Shown: one piece after another, positions 1 through 8,375 of the stretch
Layout of the letters: the number at the start of each line of letters is the position of its first letter
Numbering within the stretch: position 1 is the first letter of the stretch
Translations under genes and position numbers: made by a program
From: an uncultured bacterium
GTDB taxonomy: Bacteria; Patescibacteriota; Gracilibacteria; UBA1369; PNNO01
NCBI GenBank assembly: GCA_963704705.1
Contig: OY969931.1
Span: 360,001-392,000, forward strand
DNA: 32,000 nucleotides
Direction of reading: 5' to 3'
Notes under the pieces: model-generated
The model's input: the letters and a program-made list of their open reading frames with translations, nothing else
The model's database searches: none
What the model was told of the DNA's origin: nothing

Positions 1-736
1 ACAAATGTGAACAGACCGACAATAACAACAAAATAACTTATTAAACTGTTTATACCCAACCATCCCCAGTCTTGGCCTTTATCTAAAACAAGAACTAAAG
101 CCGAAAGTGCAATACCTAAAATTATGGCACCCTTAAGGTCAAATCCCGCTATTTTTTTGTGTGATTTGGATTCTGCAATAAAAGCCATTGCCATAAAAAG
201 TCCGATTATACCTATTGGAAGATTAATCAAGAATACAGATCGCCAACCAAAAGTATCAATTAAAGGTCCGCCTATTAAAGGCCCAAAAACAGCAGCAGCT
301 GCAAATGATGCCGACCATATACCAAGTGCTTGTGAGCGTTCTTTATTGTCAGTGTAAGTAACCGCAAGAATTGCCATGGCAGTAGGATAATCAGCTGAAC
401 CCGCAATCGCCTGAATAATTCTGAAAACAATCATTGAAGATAAATTCCAGGCAAAACCAGCGAGAATTGATCCGACAATAAATATCGAAAAACCCAGAAT
501 ATATATTTTTTTTCTTCCCAAAATATCACCGAGCTTTCCCCAAACAGGTACAAAAATAGCATTTGCTAAAATATAAGCTGTTGCAATCCAGCCTGCAGAG
601 CTGACAGAAATATGAAAATCATTTATTATATGCGGTAAACCAAGGTTTACAATAGTTTGATCAAGCCTTCCCAAAAACGTACCAATAATAACGGTAAGAA
701 GAATTAATCCTTTTGGTATACCTTTTTTCTCAGCCA
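1..736 (-). CDS. MFS transporter, DHA2 (EmrB/QacA-like) family, partial (C-terminus outside window)
   Basis: Reverse-strand reading from ATG at 736 gives MAEKKGIPKGLILLTVITIIGTFLGRLDQTIVNLGLPHIINDFH...WIATAYILANAIFVPVWGKLGDILGRKKIYILG, with the typical DHA2 LDxTIVNxALP motif and the GDxxGRKK motif. It has no internal stop to the window edge and sits next to a HlyD-like gene. Confidence 0.9.
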
Positions 737-740
737 TATT

Positions 741-1385
741 TTATTGTTTATAAATCCAGACTTTTGCTGACATGCCATCTTTAAAATGAGGATAATTATT
801 CTGGTTATATTTGATTTTTATATCAAAATTTTTAATTTCGCGTTTGTCAGAAATACTAAAAACAACATCGTCAGAATTACTTATTTCTTTTACTTCTTCA
901 ACAGTTCCTTCAAATTCCTCAGTACCGAATACATCAACTGTGAATTTAACTTTTTGCCCTTCATGGATATCTTTTAAACCCTTGTCTTCGGGGATGCTGG
1001 CTACAATACGCATTTCAGCAGGATCGTACATTGTTACAACAGCCTGTCCTGGATTATAGATCGCTCCAAAATCCTGTTTAACTGTTGCTATTATTCCTGG
1101 AATTTCAGCGGAAATAATGTCATAGCCAACTTTTGCGACTGATTCATGAGCCTGTACTTTTTGTCCTTCTTGTACATAAATTTCTTTAAAAACACCTTTC
1201 TCTTCAGGAGTAAGTTGAATTAATGGCACACTAACTACTGCTTTATCAGAATAAATATATTTTTGCGAATCCAGCCAATATAAAACTCCCACAACTGTAC
1301 CTATAATAATAAATAAAAGTAATATAGGAATTGCTATTTTGCGAACATTTTGCTGGCTTGATTTTGGTTTATCTTCTTGTTCCAT
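741..1385 (-). CDS. HlyD/EmrA-like membrane fusion protein (short form)
   Basis: N-terminal TM helix, then beta-barrel/lipoyl-like segments (VQEGQKVQAHESVAKV, FKDGMSAKVWI). It lies directly upstream of the MFS gene on the same strand. Confidence 0.8.
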   Translation of the reverse strand: MEQEDKPKSSQQNVRKIAIPILLLFIIIGTVVGVLYWLDSQKYIYSDKAVVSVPLIQLTPEEKGVFKEIYVQEGQKVQAHESVAKVGYDIISAEIPGIIATVKQDFGAIYNPGQAVVTMYDPAEMRIVASIPEDKGLKDIHEGQKVKFTVDVFGTEEFEGTVEEVKEISNSDDVVFSISDKREIKNFDIKIKYNQNNYPHFKDGMSAKVWIYKQ

Positions 1386-1452
1386 AACAGTATCTGTAAC
1401 AGGATTTTTTTAGTAGCTAATATATAAGTTTTTTAAACATTTGTCAATAGTG

Positions 1453-1483
1453 AAAAAGCCCCTGTAATTTTACAGAGGCTTTT
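1453..1483 (-). terminator. Rho-independent terminator downstream of htrA
   Basis: The dyad AAAAGCCCCTGTAATTTTACAGAGGCTTTT lies 15 nt past the htrA stop. On the minus strand it reads AAAAGCCTCTGTAAAATTACAGGGGCTTTTT, a stem followed by a T-run. Confidence 0.8.
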
Positions 1484-1497
1484 ATTGATTTTAATTA

Positions 1498-2769
1498 TTA
1501 TTGATCCTCACTTTCAGTTTTTACCTCGGTTTTAGGCGGTTCTTCAAGTGTTACCTTTACATCTTCTTCCTTATCTTTATGCATTATTTTTAGTGTAACT
1601 GTGTCACCGACATTTTTTGATCCGACTATTTTAGCCAATGATTTGCCGTCATTAAGTTTTTCGCCGTCAACTTCAAGAATAATATCATTTTCAACAATAC
1701 CAGCTTTATCTGCCGGAGAACCGGGGATTACAGCCAGTTCTTCAGCTGTTTGGCCTCTCTGGACAAGATCACCATAATCAACTGTTAGATTATTCTTTTC
1801 TTTAATTGAATCAGTTATCGGAATATATCTGATTCCCAAGTAAGGTCTTATTATTCTGCCGTTTTTGATTACAGAATCAACAGCTTCTTTTATTGTATTT
1901 GAAGGAATTGAAAAACTGATATTTTCTCCGTTTGCAATTGCCACATTCACACCTATAACCTTGCCCTGTAAATTTAGCAAAGGTCCGCCTGAATTACCCG
2001 GATTAATTGCTGTATCAGTTTGAATAACATCTTCAAGACGTTCTGTTTGACCCATGAATGAAGTTCCTGCGGTAATATCCCTTGATAAACCTGAAATCAC
2101 ACCTACTGAAACAGAATTATCAAATTCCAAAAGCGGGTTCCCTATTGCAATTGCTGTCTGGCCGACTTTAATATTATTTGAATCGTCAAATTCAAGATAT
2201 GGGAAGTTGTCGCCTTCAATCTTTAGAATAGCCAGATCATTTATTGTATCTTTATCGATAATTTCGGCTTTGTATTCTGTGCCGTCTTTTGTAAATACTG
2301 AATATTCAGCTGTATCATCAGCAGCTACATGCTTATTTGTTACGATATAGCCATCTGAAGAAACTATAAATCCTGAACCTCCGCCAATTTGTTTTTTCTC
2401 TGTTTCACCGCTGTCCTGATACATAGGGATTTGAAAAGAAAATCCCTGGTTACCAAATAGTGAATTTCCAAAAGGATCATTAGCATCCTGGAAGTATTGT
2501 TTAAGTACTGGAACATCTTTGGAAATAATTATTGAAACAACGGCAGGTGAAGTTTTATCAACTGCATTGATTACGAGATCTTCCTGCGAAACATAGTCCT
2601 TGTTTTTTAAATAATCAGCGATTTGATTTGAAGAATTTGCTGAATCAGCAGTTTGGGTATTCGTTTGTGAAGGTAAACCGTTCGTTATTAATAAAGTGAT
2701 TATTAAGGCTGTAAGTCCACCCGAAATAATTGGGATTAAAACATTATTGATCATTTGTTTATTACTCAT
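1498..2769 (-). CDS. HtrA/DegP-type trypsin-like serine protease with C-terminal PDZ domain
   Basis: Membrane anchor at the N-terminus; catalytic contexts GYIVTNKHVAAD (His), NDLAILKIE (Asp), INPGNSGGPLLN (Ser); PDZ-like GSPADKAGIVENDIILEVDG. Confidence 0.95.
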   Translation of the reverse strand: MSNKQMINNVLIPIISGGLTALIITLLITNGLPSQTNTQTADSANSSNQIADYLKNKDYVSQEDLVINAVDKTSPAVVSIIISKDVPVLKQYFQDANDPFGNSLFGNQGFSFQIPMYQDSGETEKKQIGGGSGFIVSSDGYIVTNKHVAADDTAEYSVFTKDGTEYKAEIIDKDTINDLAILKIEGDNFPYLEFDDSNNIKVGQTAIAIGNPLLEFDNSVSVGVISGLSRDITAGTSFMGQTERLEDVIQTDTAINPGNSGGPLLNLQGKVIGVNVAIANGENISFSIPSNTIKEAVDSVIKNGRIIRPYLGIRYIPITDSIKEKNNLTVDYGDLVQRGQTAEELAVIPGSPADKAGIVENDIILEVDGEKLNDGKSLAKIVGSKNVGDTVTLKIMHKDKEEDVKVTLEEPPKTEVKTESEDQ

Positions 2770-2916
2770 GATAATTTGGTTAATAATTTTTGTTCATTAT
2801 TAATACAAATATTAATTAAAAAAAATTTTATTTTTTATAAAAAAAACTTGCAAAATATATAAAATATTTTAAAACGAATATTAATTGTTTCATTAATTTC
2901 TGATACAATCATTTTA

Positions 2917-3786
2917 ATGAAATTAAAAGGAATTGAAAAATTCAGGGAGAAAACCCAAATTTTTGGGGGTTGGAAAATATGGCTTATACCGTTGGTTGTT
3001 TTGTTATTGATGGCTACATATATCAAATTAATGACATTGGTATATTCACTGCCTGATTTATTTTTATCCAAAGGCATAAATTCAGAATGGCTCGCAATAA
3101 TACCTTTAGCTGGAGAAGTAGTTTTTTGTACATTTGGATTAATCCTGATTTATCAGATGTGGGCACAAAAGGACAGACTTAAAAAGAAATATGGCCAGCT
3201 TTCTTATAAATATATCTTTTTTGTTGGATTTACAGGCGTTACGGCAATGATATCAGTAGGATTGGGTTTGTTCGTTCATTACTGGATTTTTTCGCCATCA
3301 TTCTGGGCGGATTCCTCATTTAAATTTCTTGCAATTCCTTTGGACCAATATTTTATCACCTTTGCTCCGGTAATTTTTTGGGCAAAAATGATTATTTCAG
3401 TTTTGATTACTGCAACTGGCATTGCGCTTATTTTAAGGGCTCTTTTTACATTCGGATTCGACTATATGACTGTTGTTTATCTTTATTTTCCCGAAGAAAG
3501 CAAAATTCAGAATCATGAAATTTATTCTGTGCTAAGGCATCCAACTTATGCAGGGTTGTTGTTGGTTGCTTTGGGCGGAATGTATTCTACACTTACTTTG
3601 TATTCTGTTATTTTATATATTGTCTTTTTCTGTGCATTATTTATTCATATTCATTATGTTGAGGAAAAAGAGCTTATTCAAAGATTCGGACAATCTTATA
3701 AAGAATATATGAAAAATGTCCCGGCTGTTATTGTACGGCCAGCTAAAATTAGAACTTTTTTTAAATTTTTATTTTATGGAAATTGA
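2917..3786 (+). CDS. Isoprenylcysteine carboxyl methyltransferase-like (ICMT/NnrU-type) integral membrane protein
   Basis: Multiple TM helices with the C-terminal signature HEIYSVLRHPTYAGLLLVALG...HIHYVEEKELIQRFGQSYKEYMKNVP. Confidence 0.8.
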   Translation: MKLKGIEKFREKTQIFGGWKIWLIPLVVLLLMATYIKLMTLVYSLPDLFLSKGINSEWLAIIPLAGEVVFCTFGLILIYQMWAQKDRLKKKYGQLSYKYIFFVGFTGVTAMISVGLGLFVHYWIFSPSFWADSSFKFLAIPLDQYFITFAPVIFWAKMIISVLITATGIALILRALFTFGFDYMTVVYLYFPEESKIQNHEIYSVLRHPTYAGLLLVALGGMYSTLTLYSVILYIVFFCALFIHIHYVEEKELIQRFGQSYKEYMKNVPAVIVRPAKIRTFFKFLFYGN

Positions 3787-4174
3787 TATTAATAAATTTG
3801 ATGAACTTGTAGATCAGGTCTGGAATGAACTTCCTCAGGATTTTAAGGAACAAATCAATAATACTGATATTGTTATTTTAGATGAGCCAACTAAAGAACA
3901 GCTTAGAAGAATGAAAATTAAAGGGCTTCTGCTTGGGCTTTTTGAAGGCGTTCCAAAAACCGCCTGGGGCCAGATTTATTCATCAATTTTGCCTGCCAAA
4001 ATTACTATTTTCCGTAAGCCGATTTTGCTTGTATGTAAAGATTTAAAAGATCTCAAAATAACAATACATGTTGTTGTAATGCATGAGATCGCTCATTACT
4101 TTGGCTACAATGATAATGACATGTTCATTATGGACAAAAAGATGAAGGCGAGACTTTCAAAAGAAATTGAATAA
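3776..4174 (+). CDS. Zincin-like metallopeptidase family protein (DUF1025/PF06262 type)
   Basis: HExxH motif in VVVMHEIAHYFGYNDNDMF; small acidic protein. The track ORF starts at 3716, but ATG 3776 (MEIDINKFDEL) is the more natural start and overlaps the upstream gene by only 11 nt. Confidence 0.75.
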   Translation: MEIDINKFDELVDQVWNELPQDFKEQINNTDIVILDEPTKEQLRRMKIKGLLLGLFEGVPKTAWGQIYSSILPAKITIFRKPILLVCKDLKDLKITIHVVVMHEIAHYFGYNDNDMFIMDKKMKARLSKEIE

Positions 4175-4176
4175 TT

Positions 4177-5178
4177 ATGAAAATCAGCAAAGAACAAGGA
4201 ATACTTATACGAGCCATAGCTATCATAATGATTGTGATTTACCACTTTCAGTATGATTATTTTGGCGGTACTTTGTTGGTTGAAAGGGGAGAAGGTGTTG
4301 TAAACTGGGTCTCTAATGCAGGATTTGGGATTTTTTTATCGATTTGTTTTATTGGAGTGAATATATTTTTCGTACTTTCAGGTTATGGGCTTGTGAAAAA
4401 ATTTTTGGAAAGAAAAACCGTGAAGATGAAAGATATGTTCAAACAAAGTTTCAAAATTTTGGTCCCTTATTGGATTGCGCATCCCTTGATTCATATTATT
4501 GACTGGATGCTTAAAAATTTACAGTACAAATTCGGTTTAATTGAATATAAGACTTATTTCGCAGGTATGCATAGTTTTTCGCAGTATATAGAAAGTTTAT
4601 TGGTAATACCGAGATGGTTTAGCGAGCAAGGTGCATTAATATTTGACGGAACATGGTGGTATGTGGGCATTATAATTCAATTTTACTTGTTATTCCCTTT
4701 GTTATTTTGGATATTCAAAAAACTAAAACCATTAAAAGCACTGTTATTATGTGTCGGGGTAAGTTTTATTTATAGATTTATTATTTCGCTTGCAACAGGC
4801 GCATCTCCGGTTGGTGTAAATGAAGCTGATATTTATTTGTTTATAATGTTTCCGGCACGGTTATCTGAATTTGCTTTGGGCATGTATCTTGCTTTTGAAC
4901 TTAGGACAATTAAATTGCAAAGTAAAATTTCATTGGCTATTCCTTTATTAATATTGGGATTTGTATTTTTAAGTTATGTACAAACAATGTTTATAAGTGA
5001 TTTCTTATTCGCCTTGGGTGGTATAATTTTTGCTTATTATATAACCAAACCTTTAAAAGGATTTGCGGAAAAAGTCTTTAGATATATAGGTCAAAAATCA
5101 TACTTAATTTATCTTTACCACGAGCCGACTTTAAAATTACTACTCAAATTTGTTTTCCCAAATAATATATCCGGCTAA
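4177..5178 (+). CDS. Acyltransferase family 3 membrane protein
   Basis: Polytopic membrane protein with the N-terminal catalytic-type motif RAIAIIMIVIYHFQYDYFGG and the typical FVLSGYGL segment. Confidence 0.85.
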   Translation: MKISKEQGILIRAIAIIMIVIYHFQYDYFGGTLLVERGEGVVNWVSNAGFGIFLSICFIGVNIFFVLSGYGLVKKFLERKTVKMKDMFKQSFKILVPYWIAHPLIHIIDWMLKNLQYKFGLIEYKTYFAGMHSFSQYIESLLVIPRWFSEQGALIFDGTWWYVGIIIQFYLLFPLLFWIFKKLKPLKALLLCVGVSFIYRFIISLATGASPVGVNEADIYLFIMFPARLSEFALGMYLAFELRTIKLQSKISLAIPLLILGFVFLSYVQTMFISDFLFALGGIIFAYYITKPLKGFAEKVFRYIGQKSYLIYLYHEPTLKLLLKFVFPNNISG

Positions 5179-6116
5179 ATAAAATTAAATAAATATCCAA
5201 TAATAATAATTCCCACGGCAACCGAGCTAAAGAAAATAGCCAGTAATTTAACTGACATTACTCTTTTCAAAATAATAGCTTCAGGAAGCGAAAGTCCTGC
5301 AATCGACATCATAAATGCAAGTGAGGTTCCAAGCGGTACCCCATTGGCAGTTATTCCAAAAATTAGCGGTACTACAGTTGAACAACCCGCATAAATAGGA
5401 ACTCCAACAAGTGTTGCTATCGGAACAGATAAAATGCTGTATTTTCCAATAAATTCCATAAAGAACTCCTGAGGAACAAAACCGTGAATTAATGCCCCAA
5501 CAGCGACTCCTCCAAGAACATAAGGCAATAATTTTTTAAAGGTCTTAAAGCCTTCTTTTAAAGAAAATTTCACTTTTTTATCGAATTTTTTAGGCATTTC
5601 ATTTATTTTTTTTGTCTGCAGATCGTCGTTTAGAATAATTTCCTTATCAAGCTTTAAAGATCCTAATAATAATCCACCGATCACTCCAAGCGTAATTCCT
5701 GAAAAAGCGTATAACAAGGCCAGATCCCATCCAAATAACCCACCCATAATTACAAATGCAACTTCATTTACCAGCGGAGAAGTAATTAAAAATGAGAATG
5801 CTATTCCAATTGGAATTCTTGCTTTTAAAAATCCGATAAATATTGGTATTGAAGAACATGAACAGAATGGTGTAACCGCTCCAAATAAAGCTGCAGCAAA
5901 ATTACCTGATCCGAATTTTGCTTTCTGCATGAACTTTCTTAAAGATTCATCTTTAAAAAACGTTCTAATAAAAGTAATAACTGAAACAACTAGAAATATT
6001 AAAATCAGAATCTTCAAGCTGTCGTAAATAAAAAAATGTAAGGCAGAAGCAAGTCTGTCTTCTTGAGGCAGTTTTAGTATGTTATAAACAATGGTTTCGG
6101 CAATCCAGTTAAACAT
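5175..6116 (-). CDS. Predicted permease, ArsP/DUF318 (PF03773) family
   Basis: Hallmark motif AVTPFCSCSSIPIFIGFLKARIPIGIAFSFLITSPLVNEVA and second motif GVPIYAGCSTVVPLI. Encoded immediately after an ArsR regulator. Confidence 0.85.
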   Translation of the reverse strand: MFNWIAETIVYNILKLPQEDRLASALHFFIYDSLKILILIFLVVSVITFIRTFFKDESLRKFMQKAKFGSGNFAAALFGAVTPFCSCSSIPIFIGFLKARIPIGIAFSFLITSPLVNEVAFVIMGGLFGWDLALLYAFSGITLGVIGGLLLGSLKLDKEIILNDDLQTKKINEMPKKFDKKVKFSLKEGFKTFKKLLPYVLGGVAVGALIHGFVPQEFFMEFIGKYSILSVPIATLVGVPIYAGCSTVVPLIFGITANGVPLGTSLAFMMSIAGLSLPEAIILKRVMSVKLLAIFFSSVAVGIIIIGYLFNFI

Positions 6117-6414
6117 TTAATATTTCAGTTAAATTTGTAATAAGAGTGTTTATTGATTTGTTCTTTAAAGAATAACGCTTCCATAATCCTTCTTTTTTGG
6201 CTACAACGAGACCGCTGTCGCGCAATGTTTTTAAATGATGAGATATTAGATTTTGTTTTAAGTTAAGGCCTTTTTCGATTTCACAAACACATTTGGAACC
6301 TGACGAAAGTAAGCAAAGAATTTTTAACCTGTTTGGCTCAGCAATAATCTGTAGATTATTTGCCAATAAATTTAAATTTTTAGCTTTGCAGCTATTCTTT
6401 TTGCAACTGTTCAT
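6109..6414 (-). CDS. ArsR/SmtB-family metalloregulator
   Basis: Winged-helix sequence LKILCLLSSGSKCVCEIEKGLNLKQNLISHHLKTLRDSGLVVAKKEGLWKRYSL with a CVC motif and an N-terminal Cys-rich CKKNSCKAK. The stop region overlaps the start of the permease. Confidence 0.9.
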   Translation of the reverse strand: MNSCKKNSCKAKNLNLLANNLQIIAEPNRLKILCLLSSGSKCVCEIEKGLNLKQNLISHHLKTLRDSGLVVAKKEGLWKRYSLKNKSINTLITNLTEILNV

Positions 6415-6418
6415 AAAT

Positions 6419-6442
6419 CTATATCAATGACGGTTGATATAG
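6419..6442. promoter_or_regulatory. Candidate ArsR operator
   Basis: Perfect inverted repeat CTATATCAA-TGACGG-TTGATATAG (9 bp arms, 6 nt spacer), beginning 5 bp upstream of the arsR start codon. Confidence 0.7.
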
Positions 6443-6535
6443 TACATGAATAAAATTTATAAATCAATAGTAAAAATCTATTTACTTTAATAACAAAAAG
6501 AATAAGAATTTCATTATACTTTTACTTTTTTATAA

Positions 6536-7831
6536 TTGGATAAAAAGAAATTTTTATTTGTTTCGCTATCCGGCTTAATCGGAGATATTGCCTGGCAGAC
6601 TAAGAAAGAAGGGCATAGGGTTAAGTATTATATTGATGAAAAAGCAGAAAGACACATTGCGGACGGTTTTGTTACCAAAACCAATAACTGGGAAAATGAG
6701 GTCGAATGGGCTGATGTTATTGTTTTTGATGATGTCTTGGGAGAAGGCAGAAAAGCGAAAAGACTAAGGGAACAAGGTAAATTGGTTGTTGGCGGCACTC
6801 CTTATACCGATAAACTTGAAGACAATCGTGCTTTTGGACAGGAAGAAATGAAAAGTCATAAAATCTCGATTCTTCCTTACAAAGAATTTAATTATTTTGA
6901 CGATGGAATAGAATATATTAAAGAAAATCCAGGAAAATATGTTTTAAAACCAAGCGGAGAAGCCCAGAACATTAAGAGGCTTCTTTTTGTTGGTAACGAA
7001 GACGACGGAAGTGATGTTATAAGAATTTTAACCGCTTACAGAAACACATGGAGTGAGGAAGTTAAAGAATTTCAGATTCAGAAAAAAGTAAATTCAGGTG
7101 TTGAAGTTGCTGTTGGAGCCTTTTTTAACGGTAATAAATTTATCTATCCTATTAATGTGAATTTCGAGCACAAAAAGTTGTTTCCCGGTAATTTGGGTGT
7201 GGCAACAGGAGAAATGGGAACAAGTATGTTTTGGTCGGGTCCAAATAAAATTTTTAATCAAACTCTTAAAAAAATGGAGCCAACTTTAAAAGAAGAGGGT
7301 TATGTTGGTTATATAGATATAAACTGTATAGTAAACGGAACCGGAATCTATCCCTTGGAATTCACTTCGCGATTCGGATATCCAACAATCAGTATACAAC
7401 AGGACTCAATGACAACATCTATTGGCGAGTTTTTGTATAAGTTGGCAGCTGGTGAAGATTTTGAAATTAAAGTAAAGAAAGGTTTTCACATAGGTGCGCG
7501 AATTGTTGTTCCTCCTTTTCCTTATAAAGATAAAAAAACTTTTAATTCTTTTGCAAAAGATGCGGTAATAGTTTTTAAAAAATATTCCGAAGACGGCATT
7601 CACATAGAAGATGTTAAAAGACAAAAAGGTGAATGGCTTATAACAGGCAACGCTGGTATTGCATTGGTTGTTGTGGGGTCGGGTATTACAATGAAACAAG
7701 CTCAGCAGCAGCTAGCTCAGCGAATCTCGAATATCATCATTCCAAACATGTATTACCGAAAAGACATCGGTGACAGATGGTTTGAAGACAGCGACAAATT
7801 AAACACCTGGGGATATTTAAGAGAGCAGTAA
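6536..7831 (+). CDS. ATP-grasp enzyme, phosphoribosylamine-glycine ligase (PurD/GARS)-like
   Basis: ATP-grasp features (GKYVLKPSGEAQNIKRLLF, GVEVAVGAFFNG, YVGYIDINCIVNGTGIYPLEFTSRFGYPTI) and a GARS-like C-terminal segment. TTG start. Confidence 0.65.
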   Translation: MDKKKFLFVSLSGLIGDIAWQTKKEGHRVKYYIDEKAERHIADGFVTKTNNWENEVEWADVIVFDDVLGEGRKAKRLREQGKLVVGGTPYTDKLEDNRAFGQEEMKSHKISILPYKEFNYFDDGIEYIKENPGKYVLKPSGEAQNIKRLLFVGNEDDGSDVIRILTAYRNTWSEEVKEFQIQKKVNSGVEVAVGAFFNGNKFIYPINVNFEHKKLFPGNLGVATGEMGTSMFWSGPNKIFNQTLKKMEPTLKEEGYVGYIDINCIVNGTGIYPLEFTSRFGYPTISIQQDSMTTSIGEFLYKLAAGEDFEIKVKKGFHIGARIVVPPFPYKDKKTFNSFAKDAVIVFKKYSEDGIHIEDVKRQKGEWLITGNAGIALVVVGSGITMKQAQQQLAQRISNIIIPNMYYRKDIGDRWFEDSDKLNTWGYLREQ

Positions 7832-7834
7832 TGC

Positions 7835-8305
7835 TTATTTCTTTGAAATATTTTTAGATAAAAACACATGGCCTTCTTCTTCTTCAAAACCATTTCTTTT
7901 AAAGAAATTAAGTGCTCTGCTATTTTCAGTTGATGTATCAACCAGAATAATTTTTACTCCGGCTTCTTTAAATAAACTTGTCATTTTTTTCAAAAGCTTT
8001 TTACCAACACCCTGACCGGCAAATTTTGGACTTACTCCTGTCCAAGTTAGATAGCCATATCTCCATGCACTTCTTTTTTTTTCAACCAAGGCACCCAATG
8101 CAAAACCTATCACTTTTTTATTGTGTTTTGCAACAAGGCAGTGTTCTTTGTCTCCAATATATCTTTCGATGATTTCGTATTCATCCCAGCATCTGTAGAT
8201 ATTAATCCATTTATCAGATGTAAAAAGTTTGTTTCCGAGATTGTAGATTTCAACAATATCTTCAAACTGAATTTCGGAAATCGTTACATCATCATTTTTA
8301 CTCAT
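7835..8305 (-). CDS. GNAT-family N-acetyltransferase
   Basis: Acetyl-CoA binding motif LTWTGVSPKFAGQGVGKKLLKKM and C-terminal NSRALNFFKRNGF. Confidence 0.9.
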   Translation of the reverse strand: MSKNDDVTISEIQFEDIVEIYNLGNKLFTSDKWINIYRCWDEYEIIERYIGDKEHCLVAKHNKKVIGFALGALVEKKRSAWRYGYLTWTGVSPKFAGQGVGKKLLKKMTSLFKEAGVKIILVDTSTENSRALNFFKRNGFEEEEGHVFLSKNISKK

Positions 8306-8375
8306 ATAATTTGTTAATAAATATGCTAAATGTATTTATCCTCTATTTTGATAAACTTGTCAATAGTGATGTTTA

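Noticed and set aside
124-357. Plus-strand ORF inside the MFS gene
   Set aside because: The minus-strand reading gives a clear DHA2 transporter; the plus ORF has no recognisable domain.
786-1059. Overlapping plus-strand ORFs 786..977 and 811..1059
   Set aside because: Antisense to the HlyD-like gene and without family features.
2054-2350. Plus-strand 98 aa ORF
   Set aside because: Antisense to the conserved HtrA catalytic region.
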